Source: Candidatus Borrarchaeum weybense (GTDB lineage: Archaea > Asgardarchaeota > Sifarchaeia > Borrarchaeales > Borrarchaeaceae). From it: a DNA stretch of 64,000 nucleotides. Each line of letters begins with the position of its first letter. The stretch's first letter is position 1. The stretch covers positions 587,685-651,684 of the forward strand of contig JAHQJS010000007.1 of NCBI GenBank assembly GCA_019057385.1. Reading direction: 5' to 3'. The notes below the pieces were generated by a model that was given only the letters and a program-made list of their open reading frames with translations, did no database searches and had not been told where the DNA came from. This document shows positions 48,266 to 58,553 of the stretch, piece after piece. Both the position numbers and the translations under genes were made by a program.

Positions 48266-48515
48266 CTTATGCAATTGGAGAAAGCATGCTAGCAGTGGGA
48301 AGTTCCCTCTCCTTGTGACGTCACATCTTGACAATAAATCAAGGTGGCGCGTCTTCCGATCATTAAATCAACTGGTGACCATTACGCTGAGTTAAAATCC
48401 CAATAAAATCGGTATTAACTATTGAGGTTTAATAATAAAAATTGATATCTTGTGTAAGTAATAGTGGATGTGTATAACCAATTCAAGAATACCTACAAAG
48501 TTAGGAGGTAGAAAA

Positions 48516-48719
48516 ATGCCGATTGTGCATGTAAACGTCTGGAAAGGTTTCGGAACGGAAAACGCCAAAATCGTAATCCAAAATATAACTAAAGTCTTTG
48601 TGGATATGGGTATCCCTGCGGAAGCAGTGGAAGTAATTGTGCATGAAATAGAAAAGTCGCATTGGGGCGTTGGTGGTGAACCTGCATCAGAAAAACTCAA
48701 AGATGTAATGATGCCCTAA
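48516..48719 (+). CDS. 4-oxalocrotonate tautomerase-family protein
   Basis: Pro-1 after Met, GGAGGT RBS, HWGVGG. Confidence 0.9.
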   Translation: MPIVHVNVWKGFGTENAKIVIQNITKVFVDMGIPAEAVEVIVHEIEKSHWGVGGEPASEKLKDVMMP

Positions 48720-48825
48720 ATTACCAGTTATTCCGCCATAGTGCCACATGAGTGAAACGTACGAGTTGCACTAAATTAGAAAATGAAGCCGTTGTACTTG
48801 TATTCATATTAAGAAAAAGAATGAG

Positions 48826-49308
48826 GTGGGTAAAACTTTGAAATGGGCTGATGAAGAAAAATTTCTCGAAGAACAACTCGAAATTCTAGTCAGGTTGCGA
48901 AACCAATTTGGCGAAGATGTCATAGAAATTGCGCGACGCGCGCGTCTCGCCGTCCACCAGAAGCGAATGCGAGAATTATCGACACAGAATCCACCTAAAC
49001 ACCCTGCTGAAGTATTTGGTCACTCAGCGTACAGCGTCTCAGCTGCTGATCCAGGTACCATGGAGTATGACGTGTTAGAAGATTCAGAGAGCCGTTTTGC
49101 TGTCAAAATCAAGCGTTGTCGCTATGCTGACTTTTATCGAGGTCATGGTCATCCAGAGATAGGCTATGCGTTACATTGCTCTCTAGATTTTGGCGAAGCT
49201 AAGGCCTTCTGGCCAGAAATCACATTCACACGTACTAAAACGTTAATGCAAGGTGATGATCACTGTAATCATTGTTATGAATTAGTTAAACAGAATGACG
49301 GTATTTAA
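48826..49308 (+). CDS. L-2-amino-thiazoline-4-carboxylate hydrolase family protein
   Basis: RCRYADFY...HCSLD...TRTKTLMQGDDHCNH. Confidence 0.8.
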   Translation: MGKTLKWADEEKFLEEQLEILVRLRNQFGEDVIEIARRARLAVHQKRMRELSTQNPPKHPAEVFGHSAYSVSAADPGTMEYDVLEDSESRFAVKIKRCRYADFYRGHGHPEIGYALHCSLDFGEAKAFWPEITFTRTKTLMQGDDHCNHCYELVKQNDGI

Positions 49309-49843
49309 TCCAGCTAAATTAATGTAAATGAGAGGAACGTTTCATCGGAGTGTTACTTTGATTTTTGCTTGGACAACAGATTTGGATTGCTTTCTAAACC
49401 AAAAGGCTATTCTTGAATTTTTCAAAGTAAAAATTGTTTTATATGTAATAGATCTCTTCGCTGCTCTTGCAGATTCTACTGGGTTATTTAAGACGCATTT
49501 CGATCAGGGATTTGGTGTTTAATTCAATGTAGAAGGCTACAGGTGAATTGGGGAATTCATCTGGACAGATGGAGTTCTTTCATTAATAGAGAGTGAGTTT
49601 ATCGGAAAACCAACAGAAAATGCTAAAGATTGAAGAAATAAATGCTTAAAACTAATCGTGAACTTAAAGACGAACAATTCTGAATTGCTTTCAGAATTAA
49701 TAATATGTATGTGTCGAACTCGACCAAATTCTGCAATATTGGGATAAGGTTCAGGAAGACTGAATATTTTAATAATTCATTTTTAAGAGAATCTATGTGT
49801 AGAAATCGTGTAATATTAATTCTTCTGTTGTTAAAAATCCCTG

Positions 49844-50491
49844 TCAACTATTATCAAAATACTTTAAATCATTTCGCCCTAGAGCGCGAAGCATTACGTC
49901 CGGCTGAACGTAATATCGGTCTCCAAATATTTTATCACCGTAAATAGCGAGTGGATGTGTTTGAAGAATACCTACAAGTATGCCTTCTGTAAACTTGTTT
50001 TCGTCATATTGGCATATAGCTAGTACGCGATTTCCCGGGAAAAAGTAATTAAGTTTTGCCTCGTATTCTACGAGTAGTTCAATGTTTTCCCGCGATTTTA
50101 GTGCCCATGTCATCTCCCCGGTAACTCGTAGAGCATCGTAGCCGTCCGCTAGTGCTGTATCGAGATGTGCCTTGATTAAGGCAATCATTACATCTGGATC
50201 AAATGCGTCCTCTTTTGTATAGGTATCTTCACTGGTAGTAAACACTAATTGTCCTTTCTCGATCACCAAATCGACATCGACACTAATATTCTTAAGTTGG
50301 GTTTGTATTTCTTCGACACCACTTTCATCGATTATGTAGATGCACTTATGGTTGCATTCCAGCCCTTCTTTAATAAAGGGTATGACAAGGGCAAATTGTT
50401 GCTCTTTAGTTTCATAAATGTAACAGATATGAACCCCCAGTTGGATTTTTTGTCGGAGGGTATCATAAAGCGGAAATTTGTCTATCTTCAT
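49844..50491 (-). CDS. stand-alone MEDS sensory domain protein
   Basis: HICYIYE, FIKEGL, LRVTGEMTW, EYEAKLN, AICQYD, THP. Confidence 0.85.
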   Translation of the reverse strand: MKIDKFPLYDTLRQKIQLGVHICYIYETKEQQFALVIPFIKEGLECNHKCIYIIDESGVEEIQTQLKNISVDVDLVIEKGQLVFTTSEDTYTKEDAFDPDVMIALIKAHLDTALADGYDALRVTGEMTWALKSRENIELLVEYEAKLNYFFPGNRVLAICQYDENKFTEGILVGILQTHPLAIYGDKIFGDRYYVQPDVMLRALGRNDLKYFDNS

Positions 50492-50773
50492 TGAAATAAC
50501 CTTCTCTGGATGCCCTTACCTTTTAAGGTGGAGTAGCTGACTCTTGATATTATCCAGTTTTTTATTTGCGTCCACTTAAGAGGCCTAACTAAACGAATAA
50601 TGATCTCGAACCATCAATACTATATGTCATATTTAAATTATATCACAAAAGAGAAGATGCGATCTGAAACATTGTGGAGACGCACTTACTCCGGTGGAAT
50701 ATTTCTCTTTTCAAGGAACTCTTTTCTTGCACAATTCTAACTTTCATTTTAACCCGATATAGTTCTATGAGAA

Positions 50774-51379
50774 TCACAGTTTTCTCAGGAAATATTCGTG
50801 GAACCGGGTATCAGTTGTTAGTTCTGGGTGGAAAACCGTACCAATCATATCACCTTTTTGAACTGCGGCAATTATTGTACCCAGTTTTCCAAGAACCTCA
50901 ACATCGGGACCCACCTCTAGAATAGTAGGCGCTCGTATGAATATAACCTGAAATGGTTCACGACCCAAGCAGGGGATTTCTAAATTAGCGCCAAAGGATT
51001 CCTTCTGTCTTCCAAAGGAGTTTCTTTCAACTGTAATATCCATCAAATCAAGAGTAGTAGCGTCAATTGTGTCCACAACACGATCATAAACTTTTCGGGC
51101 CATCATTATAAGCCCTGCACATGTTCCAAATATGGGCATACCCTGTTCTACTCGAACTTTGATTGCTTGCAAGGTTTTATGAAAAGTTGCCAGTTTTCCG
51201 ATAGTTGTACTCTCTCCGCCTGGGATAATAAGCCCATCAATGCATTTCACATCTTCAACCGTCTTAACCCATGTGAGTTTGCAGTTAAGCCCTATTCGTT
51301 TTGAAGCACGTTTGGTCATGAAAACATGTTCTTCGATAGCACCTTGGAAACCAAGGATGCCAATAGATAACCTATTCAT
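50774..51379 (-). CDS. pdxT: pyridoxal 5'-phosphate synthase glutaminase subunit
   Basis: [35 protein letters not shown]; ATGA overlap with pdxS. Confidence 0.95.
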   Translation of the reverse strand: MNRLSIGILGFQGAIEEHVFMTKRASKRIGLNCKLTWVKTVEDVKCIDGLIIPGGESTTIGKLATFHKTLQAIKVRVEQGMPIFGTCAGLIMMARKVYDRVVDTIDATTLDLMDITVERNSFGRQKESFGANLEIPCLGREPFQVIFIRAPTILEVGPDVEVLGKLGTIIAAVQKGDMIGTVFHPELTTDTRFHEYFLRKL

Positions 51380-52341
51380 GTTGCCCCACGTTCCTGCATC
51401 CAAACTTTCAGGTGCTGGCTTTCCAATCCAACCATGGATTTCTTTTCATCTATCATTTTTTGAGCCTCAGCAACAGTAGATGGATCGTCAAAGAAGGTCG
51501 TTGCCAGAACGATTGCTTCCGCTCTGCTTGATGGATCTTCCGATTTGAAAATGCCCGAACCAACGAAAATGCCGTCACATCCTAGATTGATCATTAGCGC
51601 GGCATCCGCCGGAGTTGCTATGCCTCCAGCGGCAAAATTCACAACTGGCAGTCTGCCCAATCGCCCAGTCTCAGCTACTAGCTCATAGCAGGCCTTTAGA
51701 TCCCGAGCCATTCGGATCAGTTCCTGATGGTCTTCAGACTCATAACTTGCTTTTATTGCTCTTATTTCGTTATTGACGAGTCTAAGATGCTTTACTGCTT
51801 CTGCTACGTCACCTGTACCTGGTTCTCCCTTAGTTCTTATCATTGCTGCACCTTCTTCAACCCGTCGCAGCGCTTCTCCGAGGCTTCTGGCGCCATCGAC
51901 GAAGGGAGTTGTAAAGTCCCACTTCCAGATGTGACGGGTCTCATCAGCAGGTGTCAAAACCTCAGATTCGTCAATCATGTCGATGCCAACAGTTTCTAGA
52001 ATCTTTGCTTCACCTGAATGCCCAATTCGACATTTAGCCATAACAGGAATGGTTACATGATCTAATATCTCTTCGATCGCCTTAAGACTAGCAGTTCGTG
52101 CAATTCCGCCAGTTTTTCGGACATCATATGGAAGCCGATCCAAGACCATAACCGCAACTGCACCAGCATCTTCCGCGATCTGCGCTTGTTCCACATTCGT
52201 GACATCCATGATGACACCATGCTTCAACATACAGGCAAAACCACGTTTTACTAAGGTCGTACCACGAATAATTTCAAATTCCTCAAAAGTCTCACATCGT
52301 ATTCCCAATTGCTCGGAAACTGTGCTAACAAACGAGATCAT
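51376..52341 (-). CDS. pdxS: pyridoxal 5'-phosphate synthase lyase subunit
   Basis: [53 protein letters not shown]. Confidence 0.97.
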   Translation of the reverse strand: MISFVSTVSEQLGIRCETFEEFEIIRGTTLVKRGFACMLKHGVIMDVTNVEQAQIAEDAGAVAVMVLDRLPYDVRKTGGIARTASLKAIEEILDHVTIPVMAKCRIGHSGEAKILETVGIDMIDESEVLTPADETRHIWKWDFTTPFVDGARSLGEALRRVEEGAAMIRTKGEPGTGDVAEAVKHLRLVNNEIRAIKASYESEDHQELIRMARDLKACYELVAETGRLGRLPVVNFAAGGIATPADAALMINLGCDGIFVGSGIFKSEDPSSRAEAIVLATTFFDDPSTVAEAQKMIDEKKSMVGLESQHLKVWMQERGAT

Positions 52342-52393
52342 ATTAACCCCGATTAAGAGGACTTGAAGAAGATATATATAAGTTAACCTCTAA

Positions 52394-52413
52394 ATATAGG
52401 ATAGAACCTATAT
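52394..52413. promoter_or_regulatory. palindromic candidate operator between pdxS and the ThrC-PadR gene
   Basis: ATATAGG-ATAGAA-CCTATAT (7-6-7 inverted repeat). Confidence 0.55.
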
Positions 52414-52436
52414 ATAGATTAAAGGAAGGCGCGCCC

Positions 52437-53930
52437 ATGGTCCTAGAAAGCATGCTCAAGTGCACCCGCTGTGGAGAAAACTACAAGCAAGATAGATCCC
52501 TTCAACTATGTCAAAAATGCAAGGGCATATTGTACGTTAACTACGATTACGATTCAATTAGAAAAAAACTTACTCCACAGGACCTTCAGAAGCGTGGCCT
52601 AGGCATCTGGAAATATTCAGAAATCCTCCCCATCACAAGCCGATCAAACATAGTTTCTCTCGGAGAAGGAGGCACTTTTCTCCATAGGTGCGAAAGATTA
52701 GGCAAAAAGCTTGGCCTAACCAATCTCTTCATTAAAAATGAAACCACAAATCCTACGGGCTCCTTCATTGATCGAGGCACTGCAGTTGCGGTTTCCAAAG
52801 CTAAAGAATTTGGCGTTCGTGCCTTAGTCTGTGGCGTCACGGGCAACCTAGGTGCTTCTCTTGCAGCCTATGCCGCCAAAGCCGCGATGCGCTGTCTCGT
52901 TTATCTGTCAGGACCTATTGATCAAGGCAAACTTTATCAAATGATTGCCTTTGGAGCAACCATTAGACCTACCAAGACATCTGAAGAAGCCTTAGCAAAA
53001 GCACAAAGCATAGGGTCAAACACAATGACGGTCACACCAGCAGATCCTCTCTTTCTTGAAGGAGAAAAAACAACAGGTTTTGAAATCTGTGAACAGCTCG
53101 AATGGAAAGCACCAGATCGAATTATTGTGCCGATGGGCAATGGTGGACATCTCTCTATGATTTGGAAGGGACTTAAAGAGTTTGTCTCTTTGGGAATCCT
53201 AGAAGACCTCTCTACGACCATGATCGGTGTACAAGCTGCTGGATGTGCTCCAATAGTGCAGGCCTTTCAGAAGGGGTCAATGGAGGTATCACCATCCGAC
53301 AAAATCAACACGATAGTCAGAGATATATGCTTTAAAAATCCCTTGATGGGCGATTTAGCAGTCAAAACACTGCAAGAGTCAGAAGGGACTGCCTTGGCGG
53401 TTACTGACGAACAAATGCTGGATGCTGCACACCTTCTTGCTAAAACAGAAGGAATCTTCGCGGAACTTGCTGCCTCTTCAACCATTGCCTGTGCCAAACG
53501 ACTGGTGGAGCTGGGAAAAATTGATCCTAGCGACGTCGTTGTTTGTGTAATTACAGGAATGGGACTCAAGGATCCAATTGCCATGCAAAGATTCGTCAAG
53601 CGGGCCAAAAATTTAAAAGGATTAATCCATCCAAGTGCAGAAAGAACCTTCTCAACAAAGATAGGTGAAACAAAACAATTAATACTTGAAATCTTATCAC
53701 AGAGCGAACAATATGGCTATTTTATCTGGCGAGAACTCACCCAAAAATTTGATATCAAAATCAAAATCCCAACGGTATATCAGCATTTGGCAGATTTGGA
53801 AAAACTCGTTCTGATTAGACATACAAGAATAGCAACGATTTTTGGGAAGCCGGAAAGAAAGTATTATACTATCACAGATCGAGGTAAGGCTATGTTAAAT
53901 GCACTAAAGCAAATGAATGCGTCGATGTAG
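52437..53930 (+). CDS. threonine-synthase-like (fold type II PLP) domain lacking the catalytic Lys, fused to C-terminal PadR-type wHTH
   Basis: SLGEGGT, NPTGSF-I-DRG (K replaced by I), EGEKT, VPMGNGG, ITGMGLKD; tail YGYFIWREL...PTVYQHLADLEK...RKYYTITDRG. Confidence 0.8.
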   Translation: MVLESMLKCTRCGENYKQDRSLQLCQKCKGILYVNYDYDSIRKKLTPQDLQKRGLGIWKYSEILPITSRSNIVSLGEGGTFLHRCERLGKKLGLTNLFIKNETTNPTGSFIDRGTAVAVSKAKEFGVRALVCGVTGNLGASLAAYAAKAAMRCLVYLSGPIDQGKLYQMIAFGATIRPTKTSEEALAKAQSIGSNTMTVTPADPLFLEGEKTTGFEICEQLEWKAPDRIIVPMGNGGHLSMIWKGLKEFVSLGILEDLSTTMIGVQAAGCAPIVQAFQKGSMEVSPSDKINTIVRDICFKNPLMGDLAVKTLQESEGTALAVTDEQMLDAAHLLAKTEGIFAELAASSTIACAKRLVELGKIDPSDVVVCVITGMGLKDPIAMQRFVKRAKNLKGLIHPSAERTFSTKIGETKQLILEILSQSEQYGYFIWRELTQKFDIKIKIPTVYQHLADLEKLVLIRHTRIATIFGKPERKYYTITDRGKAMLNALKQMNASM

Positions 53931-54097
53931 GAAATATTGGCTTATGTCATTTAATCCTTAAAAACATATTAAAAAATAAAGGGAATGGGATTCGATGCAT
54001 GATCGGCGTCTTGTCTTAACAGTTAAGGGAAGAATAATTCAATTATTGACCCTAGATAAAGCTGCTTGAGCTGTATGAGTATGTCAGAGCCTCTTTA

Positions 54098-54955
54098 CTA
54101 AGATATAACTTCTAAACTCATATTAAGTGATGTGTAGGAATGCGTAAGTACACCCATCGAAATTATGTCAACCCCAGTTTCAGCATATTCATCGAGATTT
54201 TCTAGCGTTATTCCTCCTGAAACTTCCAAAATGACATTCTTCCGAAATCCTTTCTTAATTAATAATTCAATAGCTTGCTTTACTTCCGAAACACTCATGT
54301 TATCTAGCATGACTATGTCGGCCCCAGCTTCAACGATCTTTACGATATCAGCAGGTGTAGTAATTTCAACCTCTATTTTCTTCGAAAAACTGGTCTTTTG
54401 TTTTGCAAGTCTAACAGCCTGTTCAACATCCCCAACCAAAGCAATATGATTGTCCTTAATGAGTATCAGATCATCCAGTCTGAACCGATGCGTATCACCG
54501 CCACCAATCTCAACAGCTTTCTTTTCAAAATAACTAAACCCAGGCGTTGTTTTTCTTGTAGAGGCAATTCTAATAGAGTTGTTCAATTTCCTTGCGATGT
54601 TAAGTGCCAAAGAAGTTAATGTAGCTATTCCACTCATCCTCATTAAGAAATTTAACAAGGTACGCTCACAGTTTAGAATAGATTGTGCTTGTCCTATAAA
54701 TGCTAGTAACGTATCTCCCCGGCCAATTTGTTCACCATCTTGTCGAATATAAAGAGGGTGTAAATCAAAGAGTTCTAAGATAACTTTTGCAATTTTGGCA
54801 CCGGCAAAGATGCCTTCCTCTTTTGTGGATACTTTCGCCTCCACTACCATATTTTCATTAATCAATGAGTTAGTGGTGATATCACCATAACCTAGATCAC
54901 TTTTCATTATCTCTTTTATGAAATCTCTCGTGAGAACTTCGTCCATCAAATGCAT
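54098..54955 (-). CDS. nadC: nicotinate-nucleotide pyrophosphorylase (carboxylating)
   Basis: GDITT, STRKTTPG, HRFRL, LIKDNH, IEVE, MLDN, EVSGGI. Confidence 0.96.
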   Translation of the reverse strand: MHLMDEVLTRDFIKEIMKSDLGYGDITTNSLINENMVVEAKVSTKEEGIFAGAKIAKVILELFDLHPLYIRQDGEQIGRGDTLLAFIGQAQSILNCERTLLNFLMRMSGIATLTSLALNIARKLNNSIRIASTRKTTPGFSYFEKKAVEIGGGDTHRFRLDDLILIKDNHIALVGDVEQAVRLAKQKTSFSKKIEVEITTPADIVKIVEAGADIVMLDNMSVSEVKQAIELLIKKGFRKNVILEVSGGITLENLDEYAETGVDIISMGVLTHSYTSLNMSLEVIS

Positions 54956-55032
54956 CTCCCTAATAGGCGCATTAAAAATTCGTTAAAAATTGAAAGGCCT
55001 TTAAATGTATTAAAGGCAAAAGTAAATTGCCA

Positions 55033-55950
55033 TTATGAAAGTTGGACCATTTTTTTGATTCCACTTCTAGCCCTTTCTGCAATTTCATCAGGAACCATAC
55101 AAACATAATTCTTCTTTACGAGCACATCTCTTATCTTTTCAAGCGTGATTTTTTTCATATTATGACAGATAGCATCATTGAGAGCTGGAATGAAGGTTTT
55201 TCCTGGAATTTCTCGTCTCATTCGTTCGACTAGGCCTATCTCCGTCCCTACGATGATAACATCAGACGATGTCTTTTTACTCCATTCGAGCATTTGTTGC
55301 GTGCTTCCTACATGATCTGCTATTTTTTGCACTTCTGGATCGCATTCGGGATGAACAACAAGTTCAGCATTAGGATATTTGGTTTTTAGGGAATGAAGTG
55401 TTGTAGGATCAAACATTTTATGGACATAACAGTATCCATGCTCAGGAATAGGAATAAGTTCAAGTCCAGAATCCACTTGACGAGCAACATGCCATCCAAG
55501 ATTCCAATCTGGACCAAAAACTACCTTATCAGTTCCAAGCCTTCTTACAATCGTATCTGCATTCGAAGAAGTGCACATCACATCAGCTTCAGCCTTAGCT
55601 TCAGCGAGTGTATTCACGTACAAGACCACCGGAACTCCTGGATGTTTCCGCTTTGCTTCGATTACTGTGTTCTTCGGGCATTGAGCAGCCATAGGACACC
55701 TCGAAGAGGGATCCGGAATTAATACCATCTTATCTGGACTTAAGATAGCTGCTGATTCTACCATAAAATCAACTCCACAAAATACAATAATATCTGCATC
55801 TGTTTCACTTTGAGCTTTTCTGCACAAGGCTAAAGAATCCCCTAAGTAATCCGCTACTTCTTGGACTTCTGGCCTTTGATAATTATGCACTAACAGAATT
55901 GCATTTTCTTTCTCTTTTAATTTTAGAATCTCTTCTTGAAGTTGTTTCAT
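55033..55950 (-). CDS. nadA: quinolinate synthase
   Basis: HNYQ, GDSL, FCGVDFM, CPMA, YVNT, CTSSNA, HPEC, C..MK; ATG 55950 has AGGTGA RBS. Confidence 0.96.
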   Translation of the reverse strand: MKQLQEEILKLKEKENAILLVHNYQRPEVQEVADYLGDSLALCRKAQSETDADIIVFCGVDFMVESAAILSPDKMVLIPDPSSRCPMAAQCPKNTVIEAKRKHPGVPVVLYVNTLAEAKAEADVMCTSSNADTIVRRLGTDKVVFGPDWNLGWHVARQVDSGLELIPIPEHGYCYVHKMFDPTTLHSLKTKYPNAELVVHPECDPEVQKIADHVGSTQQMLEWSKKTSSDVIIVGTEIGLVERMRREIPGKTFIPALNDAICHNMKKITLEKIRDVLVKKNYVCMVPDEIAERARSGIKKMVQLS

Positions 55951-55960
55951 AAATTCACCT

Positions 55961-56791
55961 CTATGCGCCAATACAAACATGTGTGGAGATATTTTTCAGA
56001 GTTCTAACCGCACTCAAAGCTGCAAGATAACTCGTTTTTGGATTCTCAGGACAAGGAATATTCTCAGATCTCGTTATAGCTTCACCAAAATCGCCTTTGA
56101 TATGTATTTCATGTATATTTTCTGCAATTGTCGGATCAGCAATGACCTTGACAATAGTTCTATCAGCACCAATGCCAGCTAAACTTAATATCATTGAAAC
56201 ATTGACAGATTTGGGAAAATTCTTGGCAGCATCTCTTGCAGTACCTTCGTAAAGAGTAATAGGTTCACTAAGTTCATTGAGTGAAATTTTGTTATCGAGA
56301 ACATACTTTGAGGTTTCTAATGTACGAACAGGTTTTCTGGTAATCAAATTAACAGAAGTCAGAGTGCCAATTGCAGCACTTTTAACACCATCAAGACCGA
56401 GTATTGCGCCAGAAGGAATATAGATCTTCCTATGATTCATATTAGCTAATTTTTGAATTTTTGAGAATAACAAATCGTCAGAGAAAGCTCCTACACTCAA
56501 TACCATTAAATCCTTTTTGAAACGAATAACTTCTACAGCATATTCTCTAACAGCCTCTTGTGATGCTGCTTCCACAACAAGAGTGACCTCCGGATCGTGA
56601 ATAAGTTCAGAAAAAGTATTGTATATTTTAAATGGAGTTTTGAGAATTTTAGCGAAATAATTGGCTTTTTCTTGTATTATATCAAAGACACCTACTATGC
56701 GAATACCTTCGCCAGCTGAACCCCTCTCTATAGATTGAGTTATTACTTGTCCAATAGCTCCACATCCAATTATTGCAACATTAAGACTCAT
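55961..56791 (-). CDS. nadX: L-aspartate dehydrogenase
   Basis: IIGCGAIG, VEAASQ, IPSGAILGLD, FPKSVNV, NPKTSYLA; first gene of nad operon. Confidence 0.92.
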   Translation of the reverse strand: MSLNVAIIGCGAIGQVITQSIERGSAGEGIRIVGVFDIIQEKANYFAKILKTPFKIYNTFSELIHDPEVTLVVEAASQEAVREYAVEVIRFKKDLMVLSVGAFSDDLLFSKIQKLANMNHRKIYIPSGAILGLDGVKSAAIGTLTSVNLITRKPVRTLETSKYVLDNKISLNELSEPITLYEGTARDAAKNFPKSVNVSMILSLAGIGADRTIVKVIADPTIAENIHEIHIKGDFGEAITRSENIPCPENPKTSYLAALSAVRTLKNISTHVCIGA

Positions 56792-57039
56792 TGATGATCT
56801 CCCTTACATTCCCGTTAGTGATTAATCGGCTAAAATCGATGCTAAAATTGCAATCAGTTCGTTTGATTCATTTCGCAAACAACCATCTGAAGTAAAGGTG
56901 AGGAAATTTACTTAAAGACATGTATATATATTTTATGGATAACTTAAAAATATATATCAAAAGAATAAAATTTAAAAAACTGAATAGTTATACTGTTATT
57001 TAAATAAATTAACTGATATAAAATATTGGAGTCAACCAG

Positions 57040-58176
57040 ATGGATCCCAATATCCATAACAAGCGTCAATACAAATCTGCAGGCAAAAGAGATGCTAAGA
57101 AAGAAATTCTAGACCTTTTAACTGCTGTAGGAGAAGAGGGCATTTTTCAAGCAGAACTCCCAACAAAACTCACCTTGTCAACTACTTATATCTCTATGCT
57201 TCTTAAAGAATTAGAAAAAGAGAGCAGAATTATAAAAAGAAAAGAAATCGGGAAAGTTAACCGAATATGGCTTTTTAATAACGCACCAAAAGAGGAATCT
57301 GTAAGAGAGCTAGATAAGAAAACACATCTTTATCCAGTTTACTTAGGATTTGTTCCTGCAGCAGAATATGCAGCCCTATTTTTTGCAGAAAAAACTATTT
57401 TTAAGAAATATAACATCAATTTAAAGCTAATTCAGTTTCAAAATGTCGAAGATGCTACCTTAGCTCTGGGTAAAGGCATCTTGGATCTGTGTGTGACGCC
57501 AGTTATCACGCAAATCGCGGTAGCGCTACGAACTGGCTCTTTAAAAATCATCGCTGGCGCTGGTCGAGAAGGCAGTGCTATTGTGATAAGAAATGATTTG
57601 TTTTGCAAAAGTATTTGCAATGTAGATGATTTGAAAGATAAAAGAATAGGCTCATCTAAACTATCTGCAATGGAAATGAATCTAAGAACGATTTTAGAAA
57701 ACAATGGACTAGATTCTTATGCAGACTGTAAAATAATCTTTTATAATTCGCCTGACGTCATGTATCATGCTCTTAAAACTGGAAAAATAGATGCGGTCTC
57801 TATCTGGGAGCCTTACATCACTAAATTAGAATTAGAAAACCTAGGTAAAGTCTTATTGTGGTACTCCGAATCTTTTCCTGAACTTCCATGTTGCACACTT
57901 GCGGCTAATGCTAATTTTCTGGAAGGTAATGCATGGTTGATTGACAAATTCATGAATGGGTATTTTGAAGCCTTCGAACAGATTGCCAAAAAGCGTGATA
58001 TGGCGATCCAATGCGTTGCAAATAAACTAAAAATAAATGATAGACTGGTTAGGAAGGGTTATGATCATTTCATTTATAGTCCATTTATCTCTGAAAAGGA
58101 TATTAATGCCGTCGTAAGATGTTATCGTTTACGATTAACTGACGAAAGAGAAATTCGAAAGATTTTAGCTTTCTAG
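57040..58176 (+). CDS. wHTH domain fused to NMT1/SsuA-like type 2 substrate-binding domain (candidate regulator)
   Basis: GIFQAEL...LSTTYISMLLKELEKESRIIKR wHTH; DLKDKRIG, GKIDAVSIWEPY, PCC; no signal peptide or permease nearby. Confidence 0.75.
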   Translation: MDPNIHNKRQYKSAGKRDAKKEILDLLTAVGEEGIFQAELPTKLTLSTTYISMLLKELEKESRIIKRKEIGKVNRIWLFNNAPKEESVRELDKKTHLYPVYLGFVPAAEYAALFFAEKTIFKKYNINLKLIQFQNVEDATLALGKGILDLCVTPVITQIAVALRTGSLKIIAGAGREGSAIVIRNDLFCKSICNVDDLKDKRIGSSKLSAMEMNLRTILENNGLDSYADCKIIFYNSPDVMYHALKTGKIDAVSIWEPYITKLELENLGKVLLWYSESFPELPCCTLAANANFLEGNAWLIDKFMNGYFEAFEQIAKKRDMAIQCVANKLKINDRLVRKGYDHFIYSPFISEKDINAVVRCYRLRLTDEREIRKILAF

Positions 58177-58553
58177 ATCTTCTATAACCATCGAAAAACT
58201 TATTTCTTTTTAAAAACGATTCTAACTGAGATTTCTCAAGCCAGATTATGGACACTCCGTAATACATAATATATTATTATTACCGTTAGTTCTGCTCTTT
58301 TGACAAATTTAAGACACCAAAATGAAATCAGGATGTTATTTGAACATATGTTCTAAATTTCGTACGGAAAAAACTATTGACACTACAACAATTGGTTTTT
58401 GATTGGTATAATGGGTTTAGTTATTCCTATTTTCCGTTGTTTTTATATGTGAAATGCGCAAATAGTCATACTAAATTAATCGAATTAATAGGTATTTGAC
58501 AAAAAATCATCACGAAGTTGAGGAATCAAAAAAAAACAAAGGAAGTTCTTCCT

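Noticed and set aside
49328-49947. Short ORFs 49328-49522, 49623-49847, 49705-49947
   Set aside because: No motifs or RBS; likely decayed or non-coding sequence
52437-53930. Functional threonine synthase thrC
   Set aside because: PLP-binding lysine replaced by Ile and a DNA-binding domain is fused, so the symbol was withheld
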